From Bacteroidales bacterium (GTDB lineage Bacteria; Bacteroidota; Bacteroidia; Bacteroidales; UBA1715), in NCBI GenBank assembly GCA_016714605.1, contig JADKDL010000027.1:1527-65526 (forward strand): a DNA stretch of 64,000 nt, read 5' to 3'. Positions 11,901 to 22,373 of this stretch are shown piece after piece (the stretch's first letter is position 1; the number at the start of each line of letters is the position of its first letter). The notes beneath the pieces are model-generated. The model did no database searches and was not told the DNA's origin. It saw only the letters and a program-made list of their open reading frames with translations. A program made the position numbers and the translations under genes.

Positions 11901-13021
11901 GCTCCATAGAGGTTTGAGGCTATGATATTATTTCCAATAGCACAAATACTTTTAGCATGCAGTCCGTTAAAATTCTTTATAGAAAGGGTGTAATGAGAAA
12001 AAATATTCTTTTTATTATTGAGCACAAATATACCATCATCCATGGTTCCTACCCAAATATTCCCCTCGCGGTCGCGGAAAATAGTATTGCAGATAACCTT
12101 ATCAAAATCAAAAGTAATCTTACCTGAACGATTAAATCTAGTTAATATACCATCTTCGGATAAGGTAAATAAGCCTGGGAAGCCTCCAATTATAAGCGTT
12201 CCATCGTTTGTATAGGCAACATCAGAAATGAATAAGATTTTGAAATTTTCATTATCAAGGTTTTCTTTAGGAAAGAATTTAAATTTGAGGGTTTGTGTAT
12301 TTAGCGTATAAATTCCAGCTTCGCCGGCAACAATCATTATTTCATCTTTTTTGCCCCTTTTTATACCTCTTACAAAACTCAAATTTGTGTTTTCAGGAAA
12401 TACATTTTTTATTTTCATTTGTTTGTAATCGAAACGAAACACGCCATTGGTTCCGTTTATCCATAGGTAACCGTCTAGACACTGAATAGTAAGATAGTTG
12501 TTTATTGATTTTGCAATGCTTAGAGAATCAATATTGATAATTTGGGTAGCAGTTTTAGTGTCGGCTTCGAATTTCACCAGATAATTTTCGCGTATCAGTC
12601 CCCAAATATTTCCATCATCGTCGGCACAGAGTTTTTTAGAACCTGTTTTTTTGTCAAATGCATTACCGAATAGGTGAATTTTATGAAACGATTCAAATTG
12701 TGGATTGAAATAAAAAAAGCCTATATCGGTAGAAATCCATAGAATGCCGTTTTTGTCAACAACAAGATCGTTTATGAGAGCAGCTTTAAGGGAGAGGCTG
12801 TCTTTGCTGTTAGAAAGGAAAGATTTGAAGCTATAACCATCAAATCTGTTTAAGCCGTTTGTAGTACCAATCCAGATAAAGCCTTTGTTGTCTTGAGTAA
12901 AGCAGGTAATTGTTTTGTGAGAAATACCGTCGGCAGTGGAGAAGTTTTTAAAAGAATAGTCATTCCCCACAGAATAGAAGTAGTGTAATAGTAAAAAGAG
13001 TATTAAAGTAAAATACTTCAT
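8999..13021 (-). pseudogene. Hybrid two-component system (HTCS) sensor/regulator with two beta-propellers, a Y_Y_Y domain, HisKA, HATPase, a receiver and an AraC-type HTH. It is split into four pieces by a 10-bp tandem duplication (9501-9520) and single-base indels near 9893 and 11170.
   Basis: ORF 11105..13021 carries the propeller repeats (NGLNRFDG, IWIGT, LWLGT). ORF 9873..11066 has PGTYTFQVKA (Y_Y_Y), a TM segment, the H-box LISVLAHDFKNPLNGILG and GTGLGLRICK. Correcting the frame at 9893 gives ...GTLTITSNEGNGSVF, then the receiver ATILIIDDNAEVLDT...ISDINLPEISGIE...PILLITSH. The receiver stops at the duplicated ttatgagaag ttatgagaag. Removing one copy reads straight into KEKSIQDNAYLNGASDIIEKPFD...EYKKSIIEN and the AraC HTH of ORF 8999..9397. 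Confidence 0.8.
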
Positions 13022-13189
13022 AAGATAAGGCTATGTTTATGAAAAGGAGTTTTCTTAAACTACTTAAACACATAAAAATATAAAAAGTTTATAATTGATA
13101 AAAATTTATTTTTTATTGGTGCAGAAGCGATATTCTATTTTGCAGGAGCGATAACCTTTCCAATTTTTCATTACCCTTCCCCTTTTTTA

Positions 13190-13440
13190 GCCGAAACTTC
13201 CATTTAAAAAACGAAAGCTTCCATCTATTTTACCAAAGCTTCGGTCTTTTTCATGAAAGCTTTCGCTATTTAAACCGAAGCTTTGGTTCTAATCATGGAA
13301 GCTTCCGCATAAACAACCGAAGCTTCCGTTATTTTTGCGGAAGCTTCGGTATAAAAGATGAAAGCTTCGGTCAAAATAACCGAAGCTTTCGTTGTTTTCA
13401 TGAACATTTCGGTCAAAATGACCGAAATGTTGCTTTTTAT
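13190..13440. repeat. Array of 12 units at an exact 21-bp period, each centred on AAGCTT (core CCGAAGCTTCGG). Units alternate in orientation, giving about 42-bp palindromic super-units. The array lies 170-420 bp upstream of the HTCS start.
   Basis: AAGCTT hexamers at 13215, 13236, 13257, 13278, 13299, 13320, 13341, 13362 and 13383, exactly 21 bp apart, with degenerate end units at 13194, 13404 and 13425. Flanks alternate between atGAAAGCTTCGGTCaa and aCCGAAGCTTTCGTTgt, which are reverse complements. Confidence 0.85.
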
Positions 13441-13614
13441 AATTCAAATTAGAATTTTATCTATCTAATATTTGACCAATCCAAAAATAGCTTGATAGAA
13501 TTAAACAATAGATTGCACTATTTGAAGAGAAAGAATAATTTTCTTTTCAAATAGTGCAATTGTAGAGATTTTACTTTGATGTTTTAGACTTGACCTAAGC
13601 TATCAAAAAAATAG

Positions 13615-14643
13615 TTAAAACCTAAAACCTAATTGTACTGCGATATTAAAAGAATGAACGAATTCATATTCAATAACAAAAAATTCATCGGAAGTTCTGT
13701 CTATTTCATATTCTCCTACATAACGAAGATTATATTTTATATCTAAACCAATACCAAAATATTTTTTGCGTAACCTGAAAAGAGTGGTTATATTAAGAAC
13801 TTCACTATCCTTTAAATATGTTTGATGAATTGTTAAGCCGTTTACCAAGCCAAATTCCAATGCCGCTTTATCATTTTTACTTATAGTAAAATATGGTCCA
13901 AATTGCAATATGTCAAAATTAAGTTTTTCATAAAAAACAAAAAGTTGAATATTGGATCTTGTAATAATACCAAATCTATTTCTATCAGTAAAATTTTTAA
14001 AAATGAAATATAACCTAATGTATAACCTAAAATTTGATCATTTTCATCGTTAGATGTAATACTAAGCCCATTGCATGCTTCAAAATAAAATCCTGATTTA
14101 TTTACAATATATGTATTAATTGTTCGATAAGGAGCTACGTTACTTTGCAATGAATCATCTGCCTCATATCTAAATTTATAAGATTTACTACTTGAATCAT
14201 CAATTACTACTTTTTTTTCTGAATTTAAAGTTGCATCAGTGGAATATAAATTAATAATTTGCAATTTTAAAGATTCTGCTTGAGCATACTCATTTTCCTT
14301 TACTAATTTTCTTATTTGCAAACGCAATTCCTTCTCTTTTAAAAAATCTATTTTTTAAAGAAGAGTCTTCAGGTCGTGAAGCATGTCTTATCTCTTTTTT
14401 TAACTCTTTTATTCTTTTTTCATTTATAGTTTGTGCTGATGCACTGAAAAGAGCTAACGTACATAGTACTATTAGTAAAAACTTTTTCATTTGTTTTTTT
14501 TTATAGATGAATATTTTTTTGTGTTGAACTGTTATATTTTCTTTTGGAATAGTATGAGTCTGTTTTTTGATAAAAATACTATTTAGTATTTCTAGGATTA
14601 AAACCCATACTTGCCAATGCTGTGGATTAAAACTTAGCTCCAA
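13615..14643 (-). pseudogene. Decayed copy of the cassette A-type gene (paralog of 15549..16427), split into three ORF fragments by frame changes.
   Basis: ORF 14290..14643 has the signal peptide MKKFLLIVLCTLALFSASAQ plus INEKRIKELKKEIRHASRPEDSSLKNRF. ORF 13881..14327 has LKLQIINLYSTDATLNSEKKVVIDDSSSKS. ORF 13615..13908 ends IAVQLGFRF. All are collinear with A2. Confidence 0.7.
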
Positions 14644-15439
14644 CTCTTACTTCTAGAGATTTGGATGAAAGAGGTGTCTCTTCTCTTAGAGAGCCCATAT
14701 TATTTGAAAAATTAAAACATATACTTACTCCAAATCTACCATTTCTAATTCCTACATAAGGAATAAAACTATATAAATCAATTTTACCTGGTTCATTAGT
14801 ATAATATAATCCATTAAAAAACATATCTTTCCCAAGTAAAATTCCCATTTCTATGGCACGTTTATCTTTTATGGGAAATACAAACTGAGGTCCAACTTGA
14901 AATACATTCCAAATACGACCATTTCTACGAGACATTGTACAAATTGAGGTTCTTACGTTTATACCAAATTTAGCACCTCTATTAAATTTTGCTAAATAAC
15001 CCATATAACCCATACCGATACCCATACCTAAATCACCAATATCTTCAAATATTAAAGCATTATTGAAAAAATCGGCGTAAAATGCAGATTTTGTCATTTT
15101 GTGAATTTTTTCGACATCTAATTTTTCTACAGTTGAAATATTATAATATTGGTTATCATATACATTCACTATATTTGATTGAATTTTAGAGGATTCTAAC
15201 TTAGTAATAGCAGCTTCTAACTGTTTAATGTTTACAGAATCATTCTTTTTATATGCTTCTTTCAATTGAACACGTAAATTCTTTTCAGGTTTAAGTTGTT
15301 CTGCTTTTGCAAATTCGTCATTAATAAGGGCATTCTGAATTTGTAATTCGATTTTCCTTAATCGTTTTTTATTTTCACTCTGAGCGTACAGACCGAGTGA
15401 AATTATTAATACCAAAACTACCAAACTAATTCTTTTCAT
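14627..15439 (-). CDS. Cassette B-type protein, copy 1: small secreted protein with an N-terminal Lys/Glu-rich coiled-coil-like segment and a beta-rich C-terminal domain ending in Phe (looks like an outer-membrane beta-barrel). Function unknown.
   Basis: Signal peptide MKRISLVVLVLIISLGLYAQ, KKRLRKIELQIQNALINDEF, glycine/aromatic-rich alternating segments, C-terminus EVRVGAKF. Paralogous to 16493..17308 and 18753..19577. Confidence 0.65.
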   Translation of the reverse strand: MKRISLVVLVLIISLGLYAQSENKKRLRKIELQIQNALINDEFAKAEQLKPEKNLRVQLKEAYKKNDSVNIKQLEAAITKLESSKIQSNIVNVYDNQYYNISTVEKLDVEKIHKMTKSAFYADFFNNALIFEDIGDLGMGIGMGYMGYLAKFNRGAKFGINVRTSICTMSRRNGRIWNVFQVGPQFVFPIKDKRAIEMGILLGKDMFFNGLYYTNEPGKIDLYSFIPYVGIRNGRFGVSICFNFSNNMGSLREETPLSSKSLEVRVGAKF

Positions 15440-15548
15440 CTGTTTTATAAAATTTAAATTTAATTTGAGAACTATCTTCCTATACTACTTGACAGAATTT
15501 AACAGTAAATTCTGATTTTTTTTAATTTTTAAGCTTTCAAGAAATAGT

Positions 15549-16427
15549 TTAAAACCTAAAACCTAAATGAATTCCGAAATTAAAATATCTAACAAATTTA
15601 CTTCCTAGAATATAATTATTAGTAATAGTCTCTATTTCATACACATCCATTTTATGAAGATTATATTCAAGATCTAAACCAATACCAAAATATTTTTTGC
15701 GAAACCTGAAAAGTGATGTTAGATTAAGAACTTCAAAATCCTTTAATTCAGTATAAGGTTTTAGTGTCAATCCTGTTACTAAACCAAATTCAAAAGCTGA
15801 TTTGTCATTGTTACTAATAGTCAAATATGGTCCTAATTGCAATATGTCAATATTTAATTCTTCATTAGGTACACGAATTTGAATATTGGATCTGGTAATG
15901 AATCCTAATCTATTTCTGGAAGTAAGATTTTTAAAATAAGAAATACGACCAAATGAATAACCCCAGATATGATTCACTTCACTCTCATATGATGCAATAC
16001 TAAGTCCACTAAACCCTTCGAAAAAAAATCCCGATCTATTTACATTATATGTTTTAATAGTTCGATAAGGAGCTACGTTATTTTGCAATGAATCACCTGT
16101 TTCATATCTAAAATTTGAAGATTTACTACTTGAATCATCAATTGCAACTTTTTTTTCTGAATTTGTAGTTGCGTCAGTGTAATATAAATCAATAATTTGC
16201 AATTTTAAAGATTCTGCTTGAGCATATTCTTTTTCCTTTACTAATTTTTTGATTTGCAAACGCAATTCCTTCTCTTTTAAAAATCTATTTTTTAGGGAAG
16301 AGTCTTCAGTACGTGAAACATGTCTTATTTCTTTTTTTAACTCTTTTAATCTTTTATCGTTTAGAGATTGTGCTGAGGCACTGAAAAGTGTTAACGTACA
16401 TAGTACTATTATTAAAAACTTTTTCAT
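15549..16427 (-). CDS. Cassette A-type protein, copy 2: secreted coiled-coil plus beta-rich protein ending ...HLGFRF. Function unknown.
   Basis: Signal peptide MKKFLIIVLCTLTLFSASAQ, NDKRLKELKKEIRHVSRTEDSSLKNRF, alternating hydrophobic beta-strand-like segments, terminal Phe. Paralogous to 17414..18658 and the decayed 13615..14643. Confidence 0.65.
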   Translation of the reverse strand: MKKFLIIVLCTLTLFSASAQSLNDKRLKELKKEIRHVSRTEDSSLKNRFLKEKELRLQIKKLVKEKEYAQAESLKLQIIDLYYTDATTNSEKKVAIDDSSSKSSNFRYETGDSLQNNVAPYRTIKTYNVNRSGFFFEGFSGLSIASYESEVNHIWGYSFGRISYFKNLTSRNRLGFITRSNIQIRVPNEELNIDILQLGPYLTISNNDKSAFEFGLVTGLTLKPYTELKDFEVLNLTSLFRFRKKYFGIGLDLEYNLHKMDVYEIETITNNYILGSKFVRYFNFGIHLGFRF

Positions 16428-16492
16428 CTGAATTTATTTTTGAAATATGAATATTTTTGAAATTATTGAATCTATATTTTTATCCTTTTAAA

Positions 16493-17308
16493 TTAAAATT
16501 TACCACCAACTCTTATTTCAATAGATTTTGATGAAATATGCTGTTCGTATTTTTTTACTTCATTCCAAATATCTGAAAAATTAATGCAGAGTGAGACACC
16601 AAATTTTTTATATCGAATACCAACATAAGGAACAATACTGGTTTCATTCACTTTTTCAAAAAAATACGAATCTTTTCCTATTAAAATTCCTGTTTCTATG
16701 GCACGTTTATCTTTTATGAGATATAATAACTGGGGACCGGCTTGAAATACATTCCAAATATAATCATTTTCAAAGAGTAGTTTGCTTACAGAAGATCTTG
16801 CATTAATACCTATTTTCGTTTTATTATTAAGCTTTGCTACATAACCTACATAACCTAAACTAACTCCTATACCTAAATCAGCTTTGTAGTATTTGTGGTT
16901 ATTTATATATTGATTAAACGTTATACAATAATTGTAAAATTCTACGTAAAATGCAGATTTTGTCATTTTGTGAATTTTTTTGACATCTAATTTTTTATTG
17001 TCAACAGATGTAATACTATTATATCTTTTATTATTATCATTTTCAATATTTGATTGAGAAGCATATAATTTAGTAATAGATGCTTCTAGCTGATCTATGC
17101 TCACAGAATCATTCTTTTGATATGCTTTTTTCAATTGAACACGTAAACTTTTTTCAGTTTTAAGCTGGTCTGCATAAGCATATTCATCATTTATGAGGGC
17201 ATTCTGAATTTGCGTATCGATTTTCCTTAATCGTTTTTTATTTCCTCTTTGAGCGTACAGCCCGAGTGAAATTATTAATACCAATACAATCAAACTAATT
17301 CTTTTCAT
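16493..17308 (-). CDS. Cassette B-type protein, copy 2.
   Basis: About 80% identical to 18753..19577 by eye (MKRISLIVLVLIISLGLYAQRGNKKRLRKIDTQIQNALINDEY...IEIRVGGKF). Confidence 0.65.
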   Translation of the reverse strand: MKRISLIVLVLIISLGLYAQRGNKKRLRKIDTQIQNALINDEYAYADQLKTEKSLRVQLKKAYQKNDSVSIDQLEASITKLYASQSNIENDNNKRYNSITSVDNKKLDVKKIHKMTKSAFYVEFYNYCITFNQYINNHKYYKADLGIGVSLGYVGYVAKLNNKTKIGINARSSVSKLLFENDYIWNVFQAGPQLLYLIKDKRAIETGILIGKDSYFFEKVNETSIVPYVGIRYKKFGVSLCINFSDIWNEVKKYEQHISSKSIEIRVGGKF

Positions 17309-17413
17309 CTGTTTATTTTTTTAATTATGTTCTATTTTTGAACTATCATATAATACTTGTCAGAATTTAACAATATGTTATTTTTTTTTATTATTCTTAA
17401 TCTATCAAAAAGT

Positions 17414-18658
17414 TTAAAACAACCTTGCACCAACTTGCAGTCCGATATTTAATTTTTGAAGATTGCAATCAATATCAAAACCAATAGCAAAATTTGAAAT
17501 ACGAATCCTAAAAAGAGCGGTTAGATTTAAAATATCAATAGGAATATCGTCCTCATACCTAGGCGAGATTGCTAATCCGTTTACAAAGCCAAACTCAAAT
17601 GCAATTTTATCATTTTTACTAAATGAAAAATATGGTCCAAATTGAAATATATCTATATTAACCTCATCAAATCTAAATTCACTTATATCTGAAATAAAAT
17701 ATTGAACATTTGATCTGGCAATAAAACCATACCTATTTCTAGAGGATAAGTTTTTTAAATATGAAATACAACCAAATGAAAATCCTAAACCGACAGTTGC
17801 AACATTGTAACTACCTATTCCAAGCCCATTATATCCTTCGAGATAAAATCCGGATCTATTTATAATATCACTAGGATTAATTCTTTTATAAAGAACTGCT
17901 TTTTTTGGATATAAATAATTTTCCTTATGGGTAGATTTTAAAGTATTACTTATTGAATCTTGAATAATAACATTTTTTTCAGAAATTACCGATGAATCAT
18001 TAGAATTTAATTGAATAATAAATAATCTTAATGTTTCTGCGGTTGTCTTAATTTCTTGGTTTATATGTATTCTATTTTGAATGCATATTTGCTGCTCTTT
18101 TGTATATTTATTAATTAGAATAGAATCGTTTATATTTGAAGCAAGAGTTATTTGATTATTCAAGTCTCTTATTCTTTTTTCATTATTAGTCTCAGAAAAC
18201 TCAGCAGAAAGAAATTCTCCTTTTTTTGATTTTAAATAATAAGCTTGAGTAAATTTTTTTTCCTTCCTCAATTTAATACTTAGAATATTCAATTCGTGCC
18301 TAAGATTAAGTTTGTTCTTTTTGGTAGTTTCTATAGGACTTGAAACTTGAGGTGTATCTTTATTTAAGGCTTCAAGTTTTTTTTCAGATATGGTTTCTTT
18401 ATATGCAGATAGATATAAATCAATAATTTGCAATTTTAAAGAATCTACTTGAGCTTTCTTTTTTTCTTGTTTAAATTTTCTAATTTGTAAGCGCCAATCT
18501 AGTTCTTTTACATATCTATTTTTTATTGTAGAATCTTCAAGATTTGAAGCAAGATTTATTTCATTTATTAGCCTGATTATTCTTTTTTCGTTTACAGATT
18601 GTGCTGAGGCACTGAAAAGAGCTAACGTACATAGAAAAATTAATAAAAATCTTTTCAT
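17414..18658 (-). CDS. Cassette A-type protein, copy 3, carrying an internal duplication of the N-terminal coiled-coil segment. C-terminus ...LQVGARLF.
   Basis: Signal peptide MKRFLLIFLCTLALFSASAQ. Two successive NEKRI(R/I)xLNxxI(N/T)LASN(L/I)(E/N)DS... segments. Beta-rich tail collinear with A2. Confidence 0.65.
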   Translation of the reverse strand: MKRFLLIFLCTLALFSASAQSVNEKRIIRLINEINLASNLEDSTIKNRYVKELDWRLQIRKFKQEKKKAQVDSLKLQIIDLYLSAYKETISEKKLEALNKDTPQVSSPIETTKKNKLNLRHELNILSIKLRKEKKFTQAYYLKSKKGEFLSAEFSETNNEKRIRDLNNQITLASNINDSILINKYTKEQQICIQNRIHINQEIKTTAETLRLFIIQLNSNDSSVISEKNVIIQDSISNTLKSTHKENYLYPKKAVLYKRINPSDIINRSGFYLEGYNGLGIGSYNVATVGLGFSFGCISYLKNLSSRNRYGFIARSNVQYFISDISEFRFDEVNIDIFQFGPYFSFSKNDKIAFEFGFVNGLAISPRYEDDIPIDILNLTALFRIRISNFAIGFDIDCNLQKLNIGLQVGARLF

Positions 18659-18697
18659 AAATAATAAATTAGTAAGTATAAATATTTTTAAAATTTT

Positions 18698-18740
18698 TAA
18701 ATTGGGGGCGCGACTCTAAGTCGCACTCCTAGTTTGAAAA
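18698..18740. repeat. Nested palindromic element of about 42 bp (core GCGCGACTCTAAGTCGCACTCC), copy 1. It is GC-rich in an AT-rich intergenic region between cassette genes.
   Basis: aaattgggggcgcgactctaagtcgcactcctagtttgaaaa. The inner perfect stem is gcgact/agtcgc. The near-identical copy is at 23169-23210. Confidence 0.7.
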
Positions 18741-18752
18741 TTGCTGATGAAT

Positions 18753-19577
18753 TTAAAATTTACCACCAACTCTTATTTCAAAAGATTTTGAAGAAATATG
18801 CGTCTCATTTTTTGATGCGCCCCAAGAATCAGAAAAATTAAGACAGAATGAGACACCAAATTTATTATATCGAATACCAACATAAGGAGCTATACTGGTT
18901 TCTTTCACTTTTTCAAAAAAATACGAATCTTTTCCTATTAAAATGCCTGTTTCTATGGCACGTTTATCTTTTATGAGATATAATAACTGAGGACCTACTT
19001 GAAATACATTCCAAATATAATCATTTGTAAAAAGCAATGTGCAAAAAGACGATCTTACGTTAATACCTAATTTTGTTTTACTATTAAGCTTTGCTACATA
19101 ACCTATAAAACCTAAACTGGCACCTATACCTAAATCAGCTTCGGTAATAGGGTAGTTGTAGGATTCGATCTTTTTATATGTATCATATATTATTATATTA
19201 TTGTAAAAATCTATATAAAATGCAGATTTTGACATTTTATGAATTTTTTTTACATCTAATTTCTTATTATCTAAAGATGTAATACTATTATAGCTGTTAT
19301 TAATATCTTTTTCAATATTTGATTGAGAAGCATTTAACTTAGTAATAGTATCTTCTAACTGAATTATGCCCACAGAATCATTCTTTTTATATGCTTTTTT
19401 TAATTCTACTCGTAAACTTTTTTCAGTTTTAAGCTGCTCTGCATAGGTAAATTCATCATTTATGAGAGCATTCTGAATTTGTAAATCGATTTTTCTTAAT
19501 CGTTTTTTATTTTCACGCTGAGCGTACAGCCCGAGTGAAATTATTAATACCAATACAAGTAAACTAATTTTTTTCAT
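18753..19577 (-). CDS. Cassette B-type protein, copy 3.
   Basis: MKKISLLVLVLIISLGLYAQRENKKRLRKIDLQIQNALINDEF...FEIRVGGKF. Confidence 0.65.
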   Translation of the reverse strand: MKKISLLVLVLIISLGLYAQRENKKRLRKIDLQIQNALINDEFTYAEQLKTEKSLRVELKKAYKKNDSVGIIQLEDTITKLNASQSNIEKDINNSYNSITSLDNKKLDVKKIHKMSKSAFYIDFYNNIIIYDTYKKIESYNYPITEADLGIGASLGFIGYVAKLNSKTKLGINVRSSFCTLLFTNDYIWNVFQVGPQLLYLIKDKRAIETGILIGKDSYFFEKVKETSIAPYVGIRYNKFGVSFCLNFSDSWGASKNETHISSKSFEIRVGGKF

Positions 19578-20204
19578 CTGTTTTTTTTAAAAATTTAATG
19601 CTTGTTTCATTTACGTTTATTATTTTATTAAACATATTAAAATTTTGCTAATTCTATCACTAAAACACATTTTATGTATCTAATTCCGTAGTATCTCTCA
19701 AAATTTTATTTGTTTTTTCTTTTAAGCCTTATAGTATCTTAATATAATATTTTAATTGTAAGGCAATTGCATTATAAGTATCTAAATACAAAAGACCAAT
19801 TAAAAATAGATGTAACTTTTTTCTTAACTGGTTTATTTAGATTTATACATTATTAAATAATTAAAACTATTATATATTTGTATTTTGTATGTAGATAATA
19901 AGACATCATTTTCGTTTCCATTTTTATTTTAGAAGTTGTTAAATTTTGATTGAAATATAATTTAAACAACTTAATATCATTGATTTAGTTATGGTTTTTT
20001 TTATGCAATAATTGTTGACTTAGCTAGATTTTGGGCAAAGCAATAGCTCGTGGTAGCCTTTGCTAACCATTGTCATATTCTTTATAAATTTTTTTTCTAT
20101 TCATCGTATTTTAAATACGATTCATCTACCACATTCTACAGCTCAACTATTTATATTTTTTATGGAGTGATTCAGTGTGCATATTTGCTTAAAAATAAGT
20201 AGAT

Positions 20205-22342
20205 ATGAAAACATTACAAATATTACTTTGCTTTTTGAGTACGTACAGCGTAATAGGTCAAACAACCATACAAGGAAGCATTACCGATAATATGAAAGAT
20301 GTGATGATTGGAGCTAATGTTTTTATTAAAGATTGCTTTGATGGAACTACTACAGATACTTTGGGAAACTATTCATTTACCACCACGAAACAAGGGCTTC
20401 AAACTATAGTAGTTAGTTATTTGGGCTATGAAACCTATATGCAAAACATTGAGCTAGGAGGTGAAAAATCAATTCTACTCAATATTGTAATGCAACAGAG
20501 CAATGCACAATTAGATGCCGTAATTGTGAGTGCGGGAACATTTGAAGCGTCGGACTCCAAGAAATCGGTTTCGCTCAAACCTATTGATGTGGTTACGGTT
20601 GCCAGTTCGGTAGGCGATTTGGTTGGTGCCTTGGCTACACTGCCCGGTACGCAGCGCACCGGCAGCGATGGCTATCTGATAGTACGGGGTGGCGATAATA
20701 CCGAAACCCGAACATTTATTGATGGTTCGTGTGTAGAAAAAGCCATACACTTCGCATACGCCCGATTTGCCATCAAGAGGACGATTTTCGCCAATGATTT
20801 TTAAGGGTACAATGTTTTCTACCGGTGGTTTCTCAGCTCAGTACGGACAGGCTTTATCTTCAATTTTGGAACTAGAAACGCTTGGTTTGGCAGAGAAGAA
20901 TCAAGCATCGTTATCGGTTATGAGTGTTGGTGTAGGCGCTTCGCTAAGTCTGAAAACCGATAGATTCTCTATAACTTCGGAAGGCACATATACCAATATG
21001 TCGCCATACTATTCTCTTTCAGGCTCTGACGTTGCTTGGACTGAAATGCCCTCTACTTTGAGCAATCTTACCACAGCAAGAATTAAAACAGGTAAACATG
21101 GAATGTTGAAAACGATGATTCAAATATCGAAAAATGGTAGTGGTATGTTGTATCCTAATCTTGATACGAGCAATAATGATTCGCTCTCGCTAGAAAATGC
21201 GAATATATATGTGAATAATTCTTATCAAACATCTGCCGGACAAAATACGATTGTAGGTATAAGTACTGGTTTTATGTATGATGTTGATGAATTACAAATA
21301 GGTTCTATTGCCTTGCAAACCAACATAACAGCTTTTTCTGCTAGACTTTGGGCTAAGTCGGTTGTAAATAAAACAAACATTCGCTATGGTATTGAGACCA
21401 CGCAAAAAGCATATACACAAAACTATGAAAATACACAAGATACTCTAAAAGCTACGATGCAGTTTTCTCAACCAATATATGCTACTTATTTGGAATTTGA
21501 GAACACCCTAGCCAAGCGAATCATGGTGAGACATGGTTATAGGTATGAATATTCAAAAATAAATAATGAGAACACAATTTCACCACGCATTAGTGTGGCT
21601 TATAAGATAAACGCACTCAGTCAGCTATCGTTTGCATGGGGCATTTTCAGACAGTTGCAAGCAGATGATTATATGAAATTCAATAATTCGTTGCCCTCAT
21701 CGCAAGCATTGCAATATATTGTCAATTATCAAATAAAGAAAAATGATAGACTGTTGCGAACCGAGGTGTATTACAAATCGTACGCTAAACTTATACAATA
21801 CACACAGCTCAACAATCCCAACCCAAATCTATATTCAAGCACCGGCAGTGGAGATGCTTACGGAATAGATGTTTTTTACAAAGACGCAAAAACGATTAAG
21901 AATGCCGATTTTTGGATATCATATTCATATATAAAAACCCAGCGGAAATATAAAGACTATACGAAGTTTGTGCAGCCCGATTATGTATCGCCACATTCGG
22001 TAAATGTTGTTTACAAACACTTTGTTCCGAAGCTTAAAACACAATTTGGCTTGTCATATACTTATGCATCAGGAAAAATGTACAACAATCCGAATCAGAA
22101 CGAATATATGTCGTCGAAACTGGAATAGCACGAACGATTTATGTCTCAGTCTGAGTTATTTAACAACCATATTTAAAAAGGCTGTAATAGTTCATGCATC
22201 GGTTTCTAACATATTTGGTATTGACAATGTTTATGGCTACCGATATGCTACCGAGCCAAATAAAGAAGGGGTATATGCATCGAAGCCGATAACACCTGTA
22301 GCAAAGCGGATGTTTTTCATTGGAATATTTATCACGTTATAA
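20205..22342 (+). CDS. TonB-dependent outer-membrane receptor with a carboxypeptidase-regulatory-like N-domain, plug and barrel. It is not SusC-type. Two frame changes split it, near 20740-20800 and 22000-22130.
   Basis: Signal peptide; TIQGSITDNMKDVMIGANVFIKD...LGNYSF; plug DAVIVSAGTFE...GDLVGALATLPG...GYLIVRGG. Barrel-like alternating segments follow. The third fragment ends with a typical receptor C-terminal region (GIDNVYGYRY...FFIGIFITL). Confidence 0.7.
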
Positions 22343-22373
22343 TTTTAATGTTATTCAATTAACTAAAAAACAA

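Noticed and set aside
13190-13440. Possible CRISPR array or tRNA-like structure in the palindrome array
   Set aside because: The period is 21 bp with no spacers, and units alternate in orientation. It is not a repeat-spacer architecture.
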